Positions 29,809-43,020 of a stretch of 64,000 nucleotides of DNA are shown one piece after another. A program made the position numbers and the translations under genes. The notes under the pieces are model-generated. The model was not told the origin of the DNA, did not search any database, and worked only from the letters and a program-made list of their open reading frames with translations. Positions within the stretch are counted from its first letter, which is position 1. Every line of letters begins with the position of its first letter. Source of the DNA: the human T2T-CHM13v2.0 reference genome, Homo sapiens; NCBI RefSeq assembly GCF_009914755.1, contig NC_060932.1; one strand, given 5' to 3'.

Positions 29809-30117
29809 TTTTTTTTTGTTTTTTTTGTTTGTTTGTTTTTAATGGAGACAGGGTCTCACTTTGTTACCCAGGCAGGAGTGCCGTGGCAAGAACATGGCTC
29901 ACTGCAGCCTCGACCTCCTCGGCTCAAGTGATCCTCCCGCCCCAGTCTCTCGAGATAGCTGGGACCACAGGCGCGTGCCATCACACCCGGCTAATTTTTA
30001 TATTTTTGTACAGACGGGGTTTCACCATGTTGCCAAGGCTGGTCTCAAACTCCTGGATTCAAGCTGTCTGCCCACCTCAACCTCCCAAAGTGCTGGGATT
30101 ACAGACCACACCCCACC
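29809..30117 (-). mobile_element. AluJ
   Basis: GAGACAGGGTCTCAC...CACTGCAGCCTCGACCTCCT.GGCTCAAGTGATCCTCCCGCC; TSD-like ATAAACAA on both sides. Confidence 0.94.
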
Positions 30118-30433
30118 ATAAACAACTTTTATTTACTGAAAATCTCTAAAGTAAATATTAACTCTTCTTTGAGAAAATATATTTAACTTGCAAAGCAGAC
30201 ATATGCTCACTGATACCACTTCTGGGGCTCCATGCATTAATATTGAAAAAACATTTATTTCTGCACAGTGCTTAAGAACTACCTATTTAAATGCTTTAAT
30301 AATGCAGTGTCTCTTCACTTACACACAGAAATGCACTGATGTCAGAGGTGCTGCTGCTTGGACGCCAGATGGTACCACATCATATGACAGTGGGAAGACA
30401 AACAGAACTGGTTACATTTTGTGCATGCATGTA

Positions 30434-30453
30434 TGTGTGTGTGTGTGTGTGTA
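30434..30453. repeat. Short (TG)n microsatellite
   Basis: Run of about 9-10 TG units. Confidence 0.85.
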
Positions 30454-31759
30454 TCAGTGACAGAAATGCTTGATTAAATATATTATGTGTGCATGAACTA
30501 TCTGCTAGGAGATGTGATGATACTAGAAGATATTATTTCTTACAAGTATATGCACCTAATGCCTTAAGCAGCCTCAGGTGTGTGCCTATCGAACAGAATC
30601 TTTACATTCTGAACTCTGACGTGTTATTAACATAAAATAAATAAGCTACTGACACACTGTCCTATGGGGAACAGTCTTGGCTCAGCATTCCTGTCAGTGA
30701 TCACTGGGAATACCGAGGAAGCCATTTAACTCCTATGTGTGTCTATTGAGTTTAATTGTTTTTTACTTTTATTCAGATTTACAATTGAGTGTTTTTAAAT
30801 GATGGGACTCATCTATGAAACCTCATTCCACAAGCAAACACACACAAAGCCTTGGTTTTGTAATACTGAGACACTAGTGTTTAGAAATTGGCCTGTCAAT
30901 CAATTCGGTCTCCTCCCTTCCAATAAAGAAGGGAAACCTCAGATATGGGATCTTGTACAAAGAAGTTATTCTGGCCTCTTTCCTATGAACAAATAGGCAT
31001 GCAGAACTCATCAAATTATATATTATTCTAGGATGGCCTCAGCTTTGTCTATACAGGTTTGGAAATTAATCGATCGTGAGAATTATGTACTTTCTCTCTG
31101 GACCTTGAATTCTATGTGTGTGGATATTTATGTGTCCGCATATATACCCCTAAAATGTGGTTTTGCCACTTGTGTGAGGCAGCATTCTCCAACATGACAT
31201 AGGAAGTGTTTTAGTTTTTCACCTCACTTCCTGCTTTGTTAGAGAATTACCAAAGGTAGTAAGGGAGAGCAGAAACGATGCAGTGGAGCATCAGGAGGAA
31301 GCACTGGCTGCTCTGTTTTGCAGGGCCAGGCTGTGCAGGACAGGGAAGCCCTGACTCTGCTGCATGAACCAGAGATGGCCACCATGACTGATCTCTAGGG
31401 AAGAGGGAAAGGCTGGGCGACTTCATGTGCACAGCACATGTGCCACTGTGACAGGTAACTTAGGGAGCATGTTCTTAGTGGTAAGTGCGTTTTTTCCTAT
31501 CCGCTTAGTGTTGAAACAGCTTTCTTCTGCTCTGCACTCCAAAATAAAAGTGAAAGGAAAATGCTTTGCCCCAGTGTTTCTGTCCCTCGGGTCAGTAGCC
31601 AACATAACATTTGTCACAATGCTTTGCCCTCTCATTTCTTACATCCAGAGCATGGTTCTTGCAGAGTTCTTTATATGACATATAATTTTTTTATGTTTTT
31701 GTTATATTTGCTGCTTTTATTTTCTCTCTTTTTTCTGTGAAATTTGATTGAGCTTGTTG

Positions 31760-31850
31760 GAGATTCAGTTTCCTCATTGGTAAATGGGGATAATGCTTTC
31801 CTCCTATGATTATCATGCAGACTAAATAGGATATATTTATAAATAATATA
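31760..31850 (+). mobile_element. MIR
   Basis: TCAGTTTCCTCATTGGTAAATGGGGATAAT core. Confidence 0.65.
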
Positions 31851-34544
31851 TCATTTTTGAACTGTAACACACTACACCAATGTTAGTAAACTTCTGAGTG
31901 GAGCTCCAAGATTATATCAATAATTTCTTGTCCTAGAATTGAATCTGAAGCCTCATCTCAAAGTGGAGAAAGATGATTTCATTTAAGTTCAGATTCAAGT
32001 GATTTTCACAGCTGACTCAGGGTTTCACGCAGTGGCCCATAGCCCGCTTTTCCATATGCTTTTGCACACACCCTCCTCACTGCACAAGGCTCACAGGTGT
32101 ATGACTTAAAGCGACCAGTGAGTCCAGGGCACAGTTTATCTGTTTAGGTGAATTTCAGTGCAGTGCTAATGGGGCTCCAGCCTAACCAGAGCTTCCCCAG
32201 GGCCTCTGTGAGGCACAAGGAAAGGACACTTCCACATATCATAAGTGGAAGAGTCTTTAAACAAATTTGCCCTGAATAAGATGGGAAGTATCACTGGCCC
32301 AAAATGAAGCCAACCTGAGATCCGTCATTTGCTTCTGACCCTGAACCAGAAAGGAACTGAAAAATTGACTGGTTGAACTCCCTGAAACAAATGATGCTTG
32401 AGTGGTTTCATGCATAATAACTGCCTTGAATGTAAATAGGGCCATCAGTCAGCAGGATGCTGTGGGTTCCCCTCCCTCACTGTGAGGCCCCTCCCATAGG
32501 GACCAAGGCCCCCAGGAACTTCCTGTTCTAGGACACCCCCAGCAAGTCAGGGCCCCTCCTGACCAGGGACCAAGGCTTCGGAGAAGACTCTGGAGAAGGC
32601 TCGGAGGAAACTGGTAGGCAGGGATCTGGCATCTGTCCCTCCCTGACGATATTATTAGAGAGTTTTGCATTTTAGCCTTGGCAGGCTTACACCTTGCTCA
32701 TACAAAAGCCAATAAGACAGGTGGTGCTTTTCAATGTATGCCCAGAGAGAAAACCAAAGCAGATTCCTGCAGTCTCAGGTCTTGCTGGGCACTGAGTCAG
32801 GAGCACCATAAAATTTGTCTCTATACTTCGTCCTCTCACTTCTTATATGGAACATGTGATTCTTGGCAGGGTAGAGCCCCCACATTTAGGCTAAATCTCT
32901 GGACTCATGGCTACTCTGTGGAGGGGACGGTATTGCTGCAGGAGCCATGCTTATCACCTTCTCACATATATTTGTAAGTTGTTATATGCTACTGTGCTTT
33001 ATCTCTTAAAACAAATATATGCTTACATGCTTGCCGTTTGTAAGATGAACTTAGAATGAAAATAAAAGGAGATGGATAGGAGTCATTTTCAGACAAGATT
33101 TACCTCTAAGGAGCCTGCCAGGCAGCAATTCATTTCATCACCTCTAGCCTGACAAACCAGTGACATTAAAGCAAAGGCATGTCCTAATCGTCACACGTGT
33201 AACCACTTTTTTCTTTTTTTCACATTTGTATGCTAATCACGAGAAGCAAAAATAGACTTAGATTGGAAATCAAAGATTGGTTGTATACAGGTAATAGAGT
33301 GCTTGAACGCTTTATTTAAAGATAGAAGGCTCTTGAACCAGGCTTTATTATTGAACTAAGACTATCTATCCTTTTTGACACTTTTTAAATTAAGTTCTTC
33401 CTCTAATTTATGTTTTTATCAGGTTTCTTCCCTTACCTGGTTTTAAACTGGCTTTTTTTCCCTCTCTCTCTAAGTAATAAACTACTCCAGAGCAGAGAAA
33501 AAAATTTTAATGACCTTCGAAATTCAGATTAACAAAATGGATCATTTGTATACAGCCACAGAATTATGAAGCCTTTTGAAATATCAGTACAGAAATTTTG
33601 CCTGATGCAAAATTTCATTTTCTCTCTCTCTGACATATCTCTGACTTCCCCCTTTTAAAAATGGAGTGGTTTTAGTACCTCTTTAGTAAGGTCAAACACT
33701 GAAAAGTAAAGGGGTTTCGGGACAATTTTGAGGCGCAAATGAAAGAGCTTCTCTTTTTTTCCTTTTTTTTTTTTTTTTTTTGAATTAAGGGAGACAAGCT
33801 CCAACAATGTGTTAGCATATCAGATAGAAAATAGTTTGTTGAAACTGGACTTGCAGCGCCAGTTCTGCCTGCCTCTTCCCTGCACGCTCAATCTGCCTTC
33901 TTATTATTGTTAAGCCAGCCTGCCTCCCAGTATGTTCTGCGTCCCATCTGACTTCCGCAGAGTTCGAGGGAGCTTAGGACAAACAGAACAGGGGAGCAGC
34001 TGCATGGGATGAGTGGTGGCAGCCAGATAATCTACCACAATGTCTTGCTGGAAAAAAAAAATGGGACAACATAATTTCCCCAACTTAACACAACCCCTGC
34101 CTGGAAAATGCAAGCCAAACTTAACAGGCAAGTTCGGCAGCTGCTTGGCGTCATTTTGTTTTAACATCATGCATATAAAAAAAGAAATAGTGCAATGCTG
34201 GGGGGAAGGAGAATTTTCAATTGCTTAGATTTGATAAAGAAAAACTAGTGATCAAAAATTATTTTTAAAAATAACAATGACTTCTTGGTAACATATTTTC
34301 CCCTACGGTTGTTTGATTTCTGAACAGACACCTTTTATTGACGTCTGGCTGATTTCCACAAATGGCATGTTTCTGCTTTTCCCACATTAGGGAAGCTGGT
34401 TCTTTGGCCCAAAGTGCTTTTACAGCCTACCTGTATTTTACCGGCCCTCCTAGACGGGGGGAACTCCCCTGTCCTCTGCAGGAATGTCAAAAGCCACCCA
34501 TCTTTAACCACCTAATGCTCCCATCAGCAGAGAGGCACACAGCA

Positions 34545-34765
34545 CAGTGAACGTCGAGCATGCACACCAGGAAGCCCAGGTTCGAGTTCTGACCGTCACT
34601 TACTGGTGGTAATGTAAGTAACTCAGCTTGCTTACTTACTCACTTACTGTAACTCAGCTTCCTTATCTCTAGAATGGGGCAGTAATTGATTCTACCTTTC
34701 CAAGTTACTGTGTGCACTGGAATAAAGTCTGGCACACAGTAGGCAATATAATACTATGTTTGTTA
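34545..34765 (+). mobile_element. MIR
   Basis: CCAGGTTCGAGTTCTG...TCACTTACT...CTCAGCTTCCTTATCTCTAGAATGGGG...GTCTGGCACACAGTAGGCA. Confidence 0.7.
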
Positions 34766-35214
34766 AGCTAAATAGAATCAGTATATTTCCTTTTAAAATA
34801 ATTAATCAGACAATGATTTATTAAATAACCATGAGAAATCACAGTGCCTGGTGCTACAGATAAATCTCGCATGCTTTAAAAAGGTTGCAGTCTAGTACAG
34901 GAACTAAGACAAGTGTGCAATTAAGTACTAAACAAATAGAATCAAGATTATACATTTTCTAAGTATGAATTCCTAAAGAAAATATCAATAAGGTATAATT
35001 AAAAAACCATATTAGGCCACCATATCTGGCCTAATATGGTTTTTATAAGAATTACTAGTACTTAATAATGAGATAATAATGCATGAGTCCCAGAAATAAA
35101 TGGGACAGAACTGATAGCCCGTGAACAGACCCCAACTCATATAAGAATCTGTGTGTAGTGCAGAAAGCTTCACCTTGATTCCACAGGGACCAGCCGCAGC
35201 CCTGCATGCTGACA

Positions 35215-35432
35215 GTGCAGTGCAGCGCAGGCTGTGGGGGGTGCAGTCCGCACACAGGCTCAGAGCCCAGCTCCCCAGCTTCCAGGCCCTGTCATTGTAC
35301 GTGAAGTGTGTGACAGTGCCACAGCCCCCTTTCCTCATCTCTAAAACGGGGTGCTAATAGTTGCATCACTTCACTGGATTCCTGCAAGGAAGAAGCAGTG
35401 CATGTAAAGCACAGAGTACTTGCTCAATAAGC
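35215..35432 (+). mobile_element. MIR
   Basis: TTTCCTCATCTCTAAAACGGGGTGCTAATAGT...GCATGTAAAGCAC...TGCTCAATAAG. Confidence 0.65.
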
Positions 35433-35459
35433 GCAGAATATATGGTACAATCTTTTTTT

Positions 35460-35860
35460 AAAATAATTTTTAAACAATAATTTACATGTTAATTCCTAAC
35501 TTGTAAATATAACACAATAAATTCCAGACAAATTAAAAAATAAAAATTTAATGTTGAGCTTAAAGCCAGCCTAGAAAAAATAGTATGTTTGCTCTGGCAG
35601 GACTAAGGTAAAATCAATGGAAGAAATTAAAAACAACAAAAACAATAGGTTTGACTTTATAAGATTTGAAAAGTTAAAGGCACCTACATCAAAACATCAT
35701 AAATTATAAAAGCTATTAATAAAGTAGAAATAAGAAATAATTGTAACAAACATGTAATGTATAACTAATTCCCAGATTAAAAAACATATTTTAAATTAAT
35801 CAGTCAAATGGCAAAGAATGGGAAACGACAAGTCACATACGAAGAAAGCCAAATGGACAC
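35460..35860 (+). mobile_element. L1M ORF2 3' fragment
   Basis: AATAAATTCCAGACAAATTAAAA...AATAGGTTTGACTTTATAAGATT...AAATGGCAAAGAAT. Confidence 0.55.
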
Positions 35861-36769
35861 TTTTTCTAAATGTCTACTATGCATGCCCAGGAAAAAAAGT
35901 GATCATTACCACAACTATGAGTAAATGAGAGCTGTTCACAGAAGTTGTCTAAAACTGGGGTTTCTCACCTGAAATTGATTGACAAAAGAAAACATTTTAA
36001 TTCTCGTTGTTTTCCCCAGTGACATTCCCTTTATGTTATCTTCTATAACCTCATTCTTGCACCCTTTGGGCCCAGCTCTCTACTTCTAAACTGACACTTC
36101 CAGGTGGAATTTCAGACCCTGATGCAGGGCTGGCCATGAGAGCTTCATCAGAGTCCTCCACTGGTCCCCGGCCTTCAGCTAGAGGGGGACCCTATGAGGC
36201 ATTTTAGGGCCTACCCTGGAAATGGTACATTTCAGTGCTGCACATATTTCACTGGCCAGAGTGCAGTTATTGGCTCAAAATTAATGCCAGAAAGGCTGAG
36301 AGAAACAATCTGTGTGCGCAGGAAGAGGAACTGGGATTGGTGGGCATCTAGCTGGTTTCAGCTACATTATGACACATTCAAAGCATGGAATATTAAGTAG
36401 CACTATAAAGGGATGTTTCTGAAGAATATTTGATGACATGGAAAAAGCCTCATTTTATGGTCATGATTCAAAACAAAATGTTGGATCAGACAATTAGCAT
36501 CAACCTAATTAAGTAAAAGGCATAAATAGATGTGACTAAAAGTTATATATCAAAATATTAACAATTGATAAATTACAGATACCTCACATTTATTTTTCTA
36601 CTTTTCCTTTTTCCAAACCATGTGTGAGAAGCATGTATTACAATTATTTTAAAATTTAAAAAAGAGTGAGAAACTTTCCTTTGAAGATGGAGATTTCAGC
36701 TTAGCATTCAACTGCATGGAGCCACGAAACTATATGAAATTATATCAATAGATTTACCACTACTTTTAC

Positions 36770-38270
36770 ACATATTCCTTTTTGCATTTCATACTTTCCA
36801 TTCAACATACTATTTCTACCTGAAATAGAGAACTAATAATTGTCTTATTTCCTCTTCAATCTTGAAATACTGTTTTGCTGGGTTTTTCTCTTGGCACAAT
36901 GAAGATAATCTCCCCTCTCTGGCATCCATTGTTACTGCTAGAAATTCAGCTGTCAGTCTAATTTCTGTGTCTTTGTAAGTGATCTCTCTTTTCTAACTAG
37001 TCATTCTCTTTGGTCTGAATTTGTATTACTGCGTGTAGATTTCTTTGTATTTTAATTGGCTTTGGAATTGTTGGGTTTCCTGGATTTGGGCCTTGGTATC
37101 TTTCAACAATTCAGTAAAATTCCCAGTGATTATATTTTGGAATATTGCCTCATGCTCACTCATCTATTTTTTTCCCTCTAGGGCTCAGATTTATATACAT
37201 ATATATAAAATCATACACACGCACACACACATATTTATACACACATATGTGTACATGTGTAAACTTCTCAGCCATTTGATCTCTTAGCTACTCTTTCATA
37301 GTTCTTATTTCTTTGTTTCTCTCTGGGTAGCATTTTAGGTAATGTTTTTAGTCTACCTTCCATTCATGAATTCAATTCTCTCTTTAATTTTGTCTAGTTT
37401 GTTCTCCTGTAATCTTGAAAAACTTTCAATCACATTTTTATTACTAGTTGTTTCATTGTGTTCTTTTTCAAATCTTCAAAGTCAATTTTAAAATATCAGT
37501 CTCTAGTTTTGTATTTTCAAGTCTCTCTTTTTATCTTAAAACATATTAAACCTACTTATTTTCTACTCTAAATTGGATAATTACCCTCTCTCAAACATGT
37601 GCAGCCTGTGCTTTGCTCTGTTATTTCTCTTATTTCCTTTGGAGGTTTTAAAATATAAGTCCATGTGTCTTGCAGAAAGTTTTTCAGGCCTACATGAAGT
37701 GGCATTGTTTTGGAGCCAGTTTTTGTTTGCTCTTCTGTCAATCACCTGAAAGTAGTATCAACCTGAGACCACTTTAAATTAAATTCTCAATTTCAGCTTT
37801 TCAACCGCATAAGTGGTATGAACTCAGGCCAAAAGTGGGTGTAAGCTTCACCTCTGGGTTACAAACACTCATGGAAGTTTACTTTTCTGCCACAGAGCTC
37901 AGTTCAAGTCGTGCTATTTTAAGGTGTGTTACCTCTCCTGAGGTGTAGCCCCTGGGTCCTGGCTCTGCTCTGGGGAGCCCACGATGGATTTCTTCCTTCC
38001 TGTGCCTCTTGTGGCATCAAAACAGAAGCTCTAGACCACAGCGTTGGCAGATAACACTCTTAGGGCACAAGTTGCTTTGACACTTTTTGATAAATTCGTT
38101 GAGGTCCCTGATTGTAAATGGTTTTCAGCCTTCCGTTGATTCCTTCTGCTTATTTAGCTCAGTGGTATATTTCAAAACACAAATAATCCAGCTTTTTTGA
38201 TTACTAAAATGTTTCCATTGAGAGGGTATGTAAGTTGGTTCTTCCACCATGCTGCCAAACACGGAATTGC
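36770..38270 (-). mobile_element. L1ME-like 5' end and ORF1, antisense
   Basis: T-rich strand with TCTGGCATCCATTGTTACTGCTAGAAATTCAGCTGTCAGTCTAATT; ends CCACCATGCTGCCAAACACGGAA, which resembles the reverse complement of an L1M 5' start. Confidence 0.7.
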
Positions 38271-38574
38271 TTTTCTCTGTTTGTAACATCTTACTTATTA
38301 AGCCAGGTAGTCAGGAGATGGCTGCGTGTTATATTGCTATACAGATTCTTGAATACTCGAACACTCATGGAACAGAATAAAAGAAGAACCAAGCATTAAG
38401 TTCAAGAAGATTTTAGAAAACAAATTTTAATAAAAGTAGATTAAAGGATGACTAAATTCTTAATATGGTAAGTAACTTAGAGAACAGAGAATTATATGTA
38501 GCTATGACAAACATATTTAAGCGGTTCACTCTGTGTTTTCGTTTTTGCTTTTTGCCCAAATCTATGACATAGAC

Positions 38575-38900
38575 TAGGAGTTGGCAGACAGAATTATGGG
38601 CCCAATCCTGCCCTCCACCTGTTTTTGTATGACCCTCGATTTAAAATGGTTTTTACATTTTTTAATAGTTGGGGGGAAATGGAGAATAATATTTCATGAC
38701 ACATGAAAATTATATGAAATTTACATTTCAGTGTTCAAAATAAATTCTATAGGAACCCAGCCATACTCATTCATTTACGTCCTGTCACTGGCTGCTTTCA
38801 TGCTAGAAGAGCAGAGTTGAATAGTTCTGATGATGACCGTATGGCCCACAGAGCCTAATATTTACTCCTGGCCCTTTACAGAAAAGCATGCTAACTCCTG
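38575..38900. mobile_element. MER58B hAT-Charlie MITE
   Basis: GGAGTTGGCAGAC...CCACCTGTTTTTGTA...ACATGAAAATTATATGAAATT...CAGCCATACTCATTCATTTAC...GGCCCTTTACAGAAAAG...CTAACTCCTG. Confidence 0.88.
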
Positions 38901-38979
38901 GTAAAAAACAAACCTCTAGCAGAACTGTCAGAATGAGATGTGAGAGACAGAAAGAGAAAGAGAAAGTAGAGACTCACAA

Positions 38980-39850
38980 TACACATTTTAAAATGGAATA
39001 TAACCACAAATACAGAAGAGATTTTAAACATTACAACTTTCTTTGAAAGTAAATTTGTAAATATCAATGAAACAAATTATTTTCTAGGAATGATGACATT
39101 ACCAAAATGTCATCAGGAAAAGGTAGAATGTCTGAATAGATTTCTAATAATGGAAGAAATGTTTAAAGTTGTCACAGAGATATACTTCCTTCCCTTCAAA
39201 ATGGCCATATATGTTAATGCTATTACGAGCAGGTTTCTTCAAATCAAATAATTCCTATTTAACTCCTTTGAGGAAAAAATTAGAAAAACAATCTTTTCAA
39301 TTTATTTTCCTAAAATTGTATAATCTTGATAACAAAATATAAAAAAGATAGCATAAGTGATACCAAATTACCAAAAAATAGTCAAATTAAATCTAGCCAT
39401 ATAGTTAAAGAATGATGTGCTATAAACAAGTACTATCTTCTCTAAAAGTGTAAGAATGATTCAGTATTAAGATATTTATTAATGCACTGGTTGTGTTACT
39501 AAGTCACAGAGGAAAAGCAAACTATCATCTCAATATATGTCAAAAATGTATTTGATAAAATTCAACATTCTTGATAAAAACTCAGTAAAACAAGAATCGA
39601 TATTTATTTCTAATATGATATATAAAAAAGTGTATCTTAAAACAACTGCCCACATTTACACAAATTGAAACACTGGAAACATTTCCAATTAAGTAAGAAA
39701 AGATAAATTATTGTCACATTATTCAACATTTCCCTGAAAGTGTAATTCTATGAAATACTAGAAAGTCAGTAGAAAATCCATCATTATTTGCAGATATTAT
39801 GATCTGCTTGTAAAAATCTAAGAAAAGCAATTGAAAAATGATGAAACATA
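38980..39850 (+). mobile_element. L1M ORF2 fragment
   Basis: AACCACAAATACAGAAGAGATT; TATTTGATAAAATTCAACA; CATTATTTGCAGAT. Confidence 0.65.
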
Positions 39851-40376
39851 TTATGCCTTTCATCCTTCCTCCTTTTTTTCCTCATTTCTTTCCTTCCTTC
39901 CAGGATGGTACTAGATGTCAGAGTCAAGGGAGCTGAGGAAGGCATCCAAGTAAGGAGGTGGCGTGGGCACTCCCTGACAAGGCTACACGAGTGCAGGCCA
40001 GGTGAGGACAGTGTCCACAGAGTACAGGAAGACTGGCATGCGATGTCAGAGCCAGAGCAGAGTGAAGATGGCTTCCCTCAGAGGGGCTGCGGGACTCCGA
40101 GCCTGCAGAGGGCATCTATGCAGGGTGAGAGTGGCAGCCTGTCTGTTTTGGAGGAAGGCATCCACATGGGTGCAGGAGAGGTTTGGGAGCGATGGGGTGG
40201 AGAGTGGACGCAGTGGCAGAGACTGGTCAAATATAAGGATGATAAATGAGTAAGAAAATATGTTGGGGACATTCAAAGCCACGTCTCCCAGTATCAGAGA
40301 GGAATGCTACAAATGTGGAAAGGGAGAAAATTAAACTAAACCTTCAGGTGCTGGACTGGAATTGGAGGTATAGAAT

Positions 40377-40412
40377 CATGGTTTTCAATAAGTACATGGT
40401 TTTCAATAAGTA
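40377..40412. repeat. Perfect 18-bp tandem duplication
   Basis: CATGGTTTTCAATAAGTA x2. Confidence 0.9.
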
Positions 40413-41130
40413 TATAAATTGATAGATGTAGAAATAAATATAGATTTCAATGGTACATGCATGCCTGTATTTATGTGTGTATGTTTATTTGTTTATATAG
40501 AAATCTATTCCCTAACTCTGTTCAATGAGAGAGTCTGTCCGCAGCCACACCTCCACAGCAGTGGGCACACCAAGCACCAGGTCTTGGTTGCTAAGTACTG
40601 TTCTCCACTAGCAGGGAACTGGACTCCTCAGAGAAATGGCTGAATCCAAGGATGAGGCAAGGGCAGAACAGTACAAAGTGGACCTGAACATTTTGTAGTG
40701 TGAAAAAATTATGGGAATATATCAAAAGGACACGAAGCCAGCTTGACAGAGTTCTCCTGTTGGCCAGATCTGGGGCAATTTGAGCATCAACATAAATAAT
40801 GATAGGAACTTATAACCCCTTGAATAATAAATCTATACAGATATAAAAATATATTTTAAATACTAGAGCAAAACAACCCCTTCCTTAGAGTAGAATACCA
40901 AAAAATACATAGAAGGAAGTCATTAGAAACATCACCATTTGTCAATCATAATAGTAATAATTAAATAAGCCAAGAAGCATCGATGGATGCTAAAAGCTAA
41001 TGGGTGAAGGTTCATAGGAAACTTTCTTACCTAGTCTCAAAGGACCTCCCATTCCAAAAAAAGAATCCTTATTTATTAAAAAGGAAAAAAAGAGTAACGT
41101 TATTGTAGGGAAACCTGGCAGATACTGCCT

Positions 41131-41598
41131 TGTGTTAGTTTCTGAAGGGTGCCATAACAGATTACCACAAAATTGGTGGCTTAAAATGACACAGATTTAT
41201 TCTCTCACAGCCCTGGAGGCCAGAAGTGTGAAGTCAAGGTGTCAGCAGGACCATGCACCCTCTGAAGGCTTGGGGAAGGACACTGCCTTGCCATTTCTTG
41301 CCTCCAGTGGCCATGGGCAGTCCTTGGGGTCCCCTCCCTTGCAGATGCATCCCTCCAGTCTTTGCCTCCTTTGTTATGTTGCCTTCGTCCCTTTATGTTT
41401 GTGTTTTCATGTCTCTCTTTTCTTGAAAGAACACCAGTTATTGGATTTAAGATCACTCTAATCCAGCATGACCTTATCTTAACTGGATTACATCTGCAAA
41501 GACTTTATTTCCAAAGGTATGTGCGTGTGACCACACTCACAGGTATCAGGGTTAAGACTTCAATGTATCTTTTGGGGGCATGCGATTCAGCGGCAACA
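41131..41598 (-). mobile_element. MLT1C-like MaLR solo LTR
   Basis: TG...CA ends; ATTACCACAAAATTGGTGGCTTAAAA...CTGGAGGCCAGAAGT...ACATCTGCAAAGACTTTATTTCCAAA; flanks TGCCT / CACCT compatible with a 5-bp TSD. Confidence 0.88.
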
Positions 41599-42701
41599 CA
41601 CCTTAATCAAGAGATCACAGTGGACATAAGTAATGGGACCAATACAACTTACACAACATTTGATAAGCCTCAATGAAGAGGAGGTAACATCACTTCTGTG
41701 ATGTTCCTGCCAAAGATACACAAACAATGCAAACATGAAGAAACTCAAATTCATATGGACAGACATTCTATGAAATGATCCATAGTGTTCAAAAGCATCA
41801 AAGTCGTGCAAGCTAAGGAAAAACTTAGGAATTATTCTAGATTGAAAGAGTATGAAAAAATAAGACACTAAATGCAGTGCTTTGTCCTGGATTGAATCGT
41901 TTTCTTGTAGACATTATTGGTACAATTGGCAGGACTTGAATGGGGTCTCTGGATTGCATGGTGGAAATCCAAGGAGTTAATTTCCTGATTTTCATGGTAA
42001 TTTACTATATTGTGATTACGTCCTTGCTTGTAGGAATTACTAAAGTATTTGGGGTGATGGGGCATCATGTTGGCAACTTACTCTAAAATAGTTTTGGAAA
42101 AAGCACACTTTACTATTCATGCATGTCTTCTGTAAGCCTAAAACTACTTCTCAATAACAACTATTTATAGCATAAAAAGAAATGAAGATTAAAATAACTG
42201 CAGGATATAAAATAAACTTAGTTAAATGAAGAAAGAGACTATATTCTTAGATAGGAACAATCTGTATGTTTAAAATAAAGTTATCATATAAAATTCCAAT
42301 TATATGGAATTTACTTCTAGTAGAAATACTGGAAGTATTTCTTAATAGAGTAAATCTGAAAAAGATCAGTGTGTGAGTACATACACACACACACATGTGC
42401 ACCCGCACACCATCCTATCTGTACTGATAAGGTTAAAAGTAAAGAGAGAAACAATATCAGAGAATTAAAGTGTAGATTATATTAATTTAAGCAGTTAGAT
42501 GGAATTTTTAAAAATCCTTTGGATCCAGAAATATTAATTCTAAAAACTTACTGGAAGGAAATTATCTTATATAACTTAAGAAAGATACATACATAAAAGA
42601 AGCTCATTAAAATGATGTTTATCATATCAAAACTTACAAACAAGTTAAATGAACAATGATTTCCATATTGTTGGATTTAGGATGATTTTCTTTTTGCTCT
42701 T

Positions 42702-43020
42702 TGTTTTAGTCCACTTGGGCTGCTATTACAAATTACCATAAACTGGGTAGTTTAGACAACAGAAATTTGTTTTTCACAGTTCTGAAGACGGTAAAGTTCA
42801 AGATCAAGCTCCTGGAATAGCCAACGTCTGGGAAGGGCCTACTCCCTGGTTCCTAGACGTCCATCTTCTTGCTGTGTTCTCACATGGAGGAAGGGGCAAG
42901 AGAGCTCTCTGGGTCTCTCTTACAAGAGCACTAATCCCATTCATAAGGGTTCCATCACCTTGGGGGTTAGGATTTCAACATATGAATTTTGGGAGGGACA
43001 CAAACATTCAGTCTATAGCA
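42702..43020 (-). mobile_element. MLT1A/A0 MaLR solo LTR
   Basis: TGTTTTAGTCCACTTGGGCTGCTA...GCACTAATCCCATTCAT...GATTTCAACATATGAATTTTGGGAGGGACACAAACATTCAGTCTATAGCA. Confidence 0.88.

Larger units (their letters stand above)
39905..42165 (+). mobile_element. L1MC4-like 3' region, interrupted by MLT1C
   Basis: GGAACTGGACTCCTCAGAGAAATGGCTGA; TGGCCAGATCTGGGGCAATTTGAGCATCA; CATCACTTCTGTGATGTTCCTGCCAAA; GTTAATTTCCTGATTTT; ATGTTGGCAACTTACTCT; left boundary uncertain. Confidence 0.72.
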
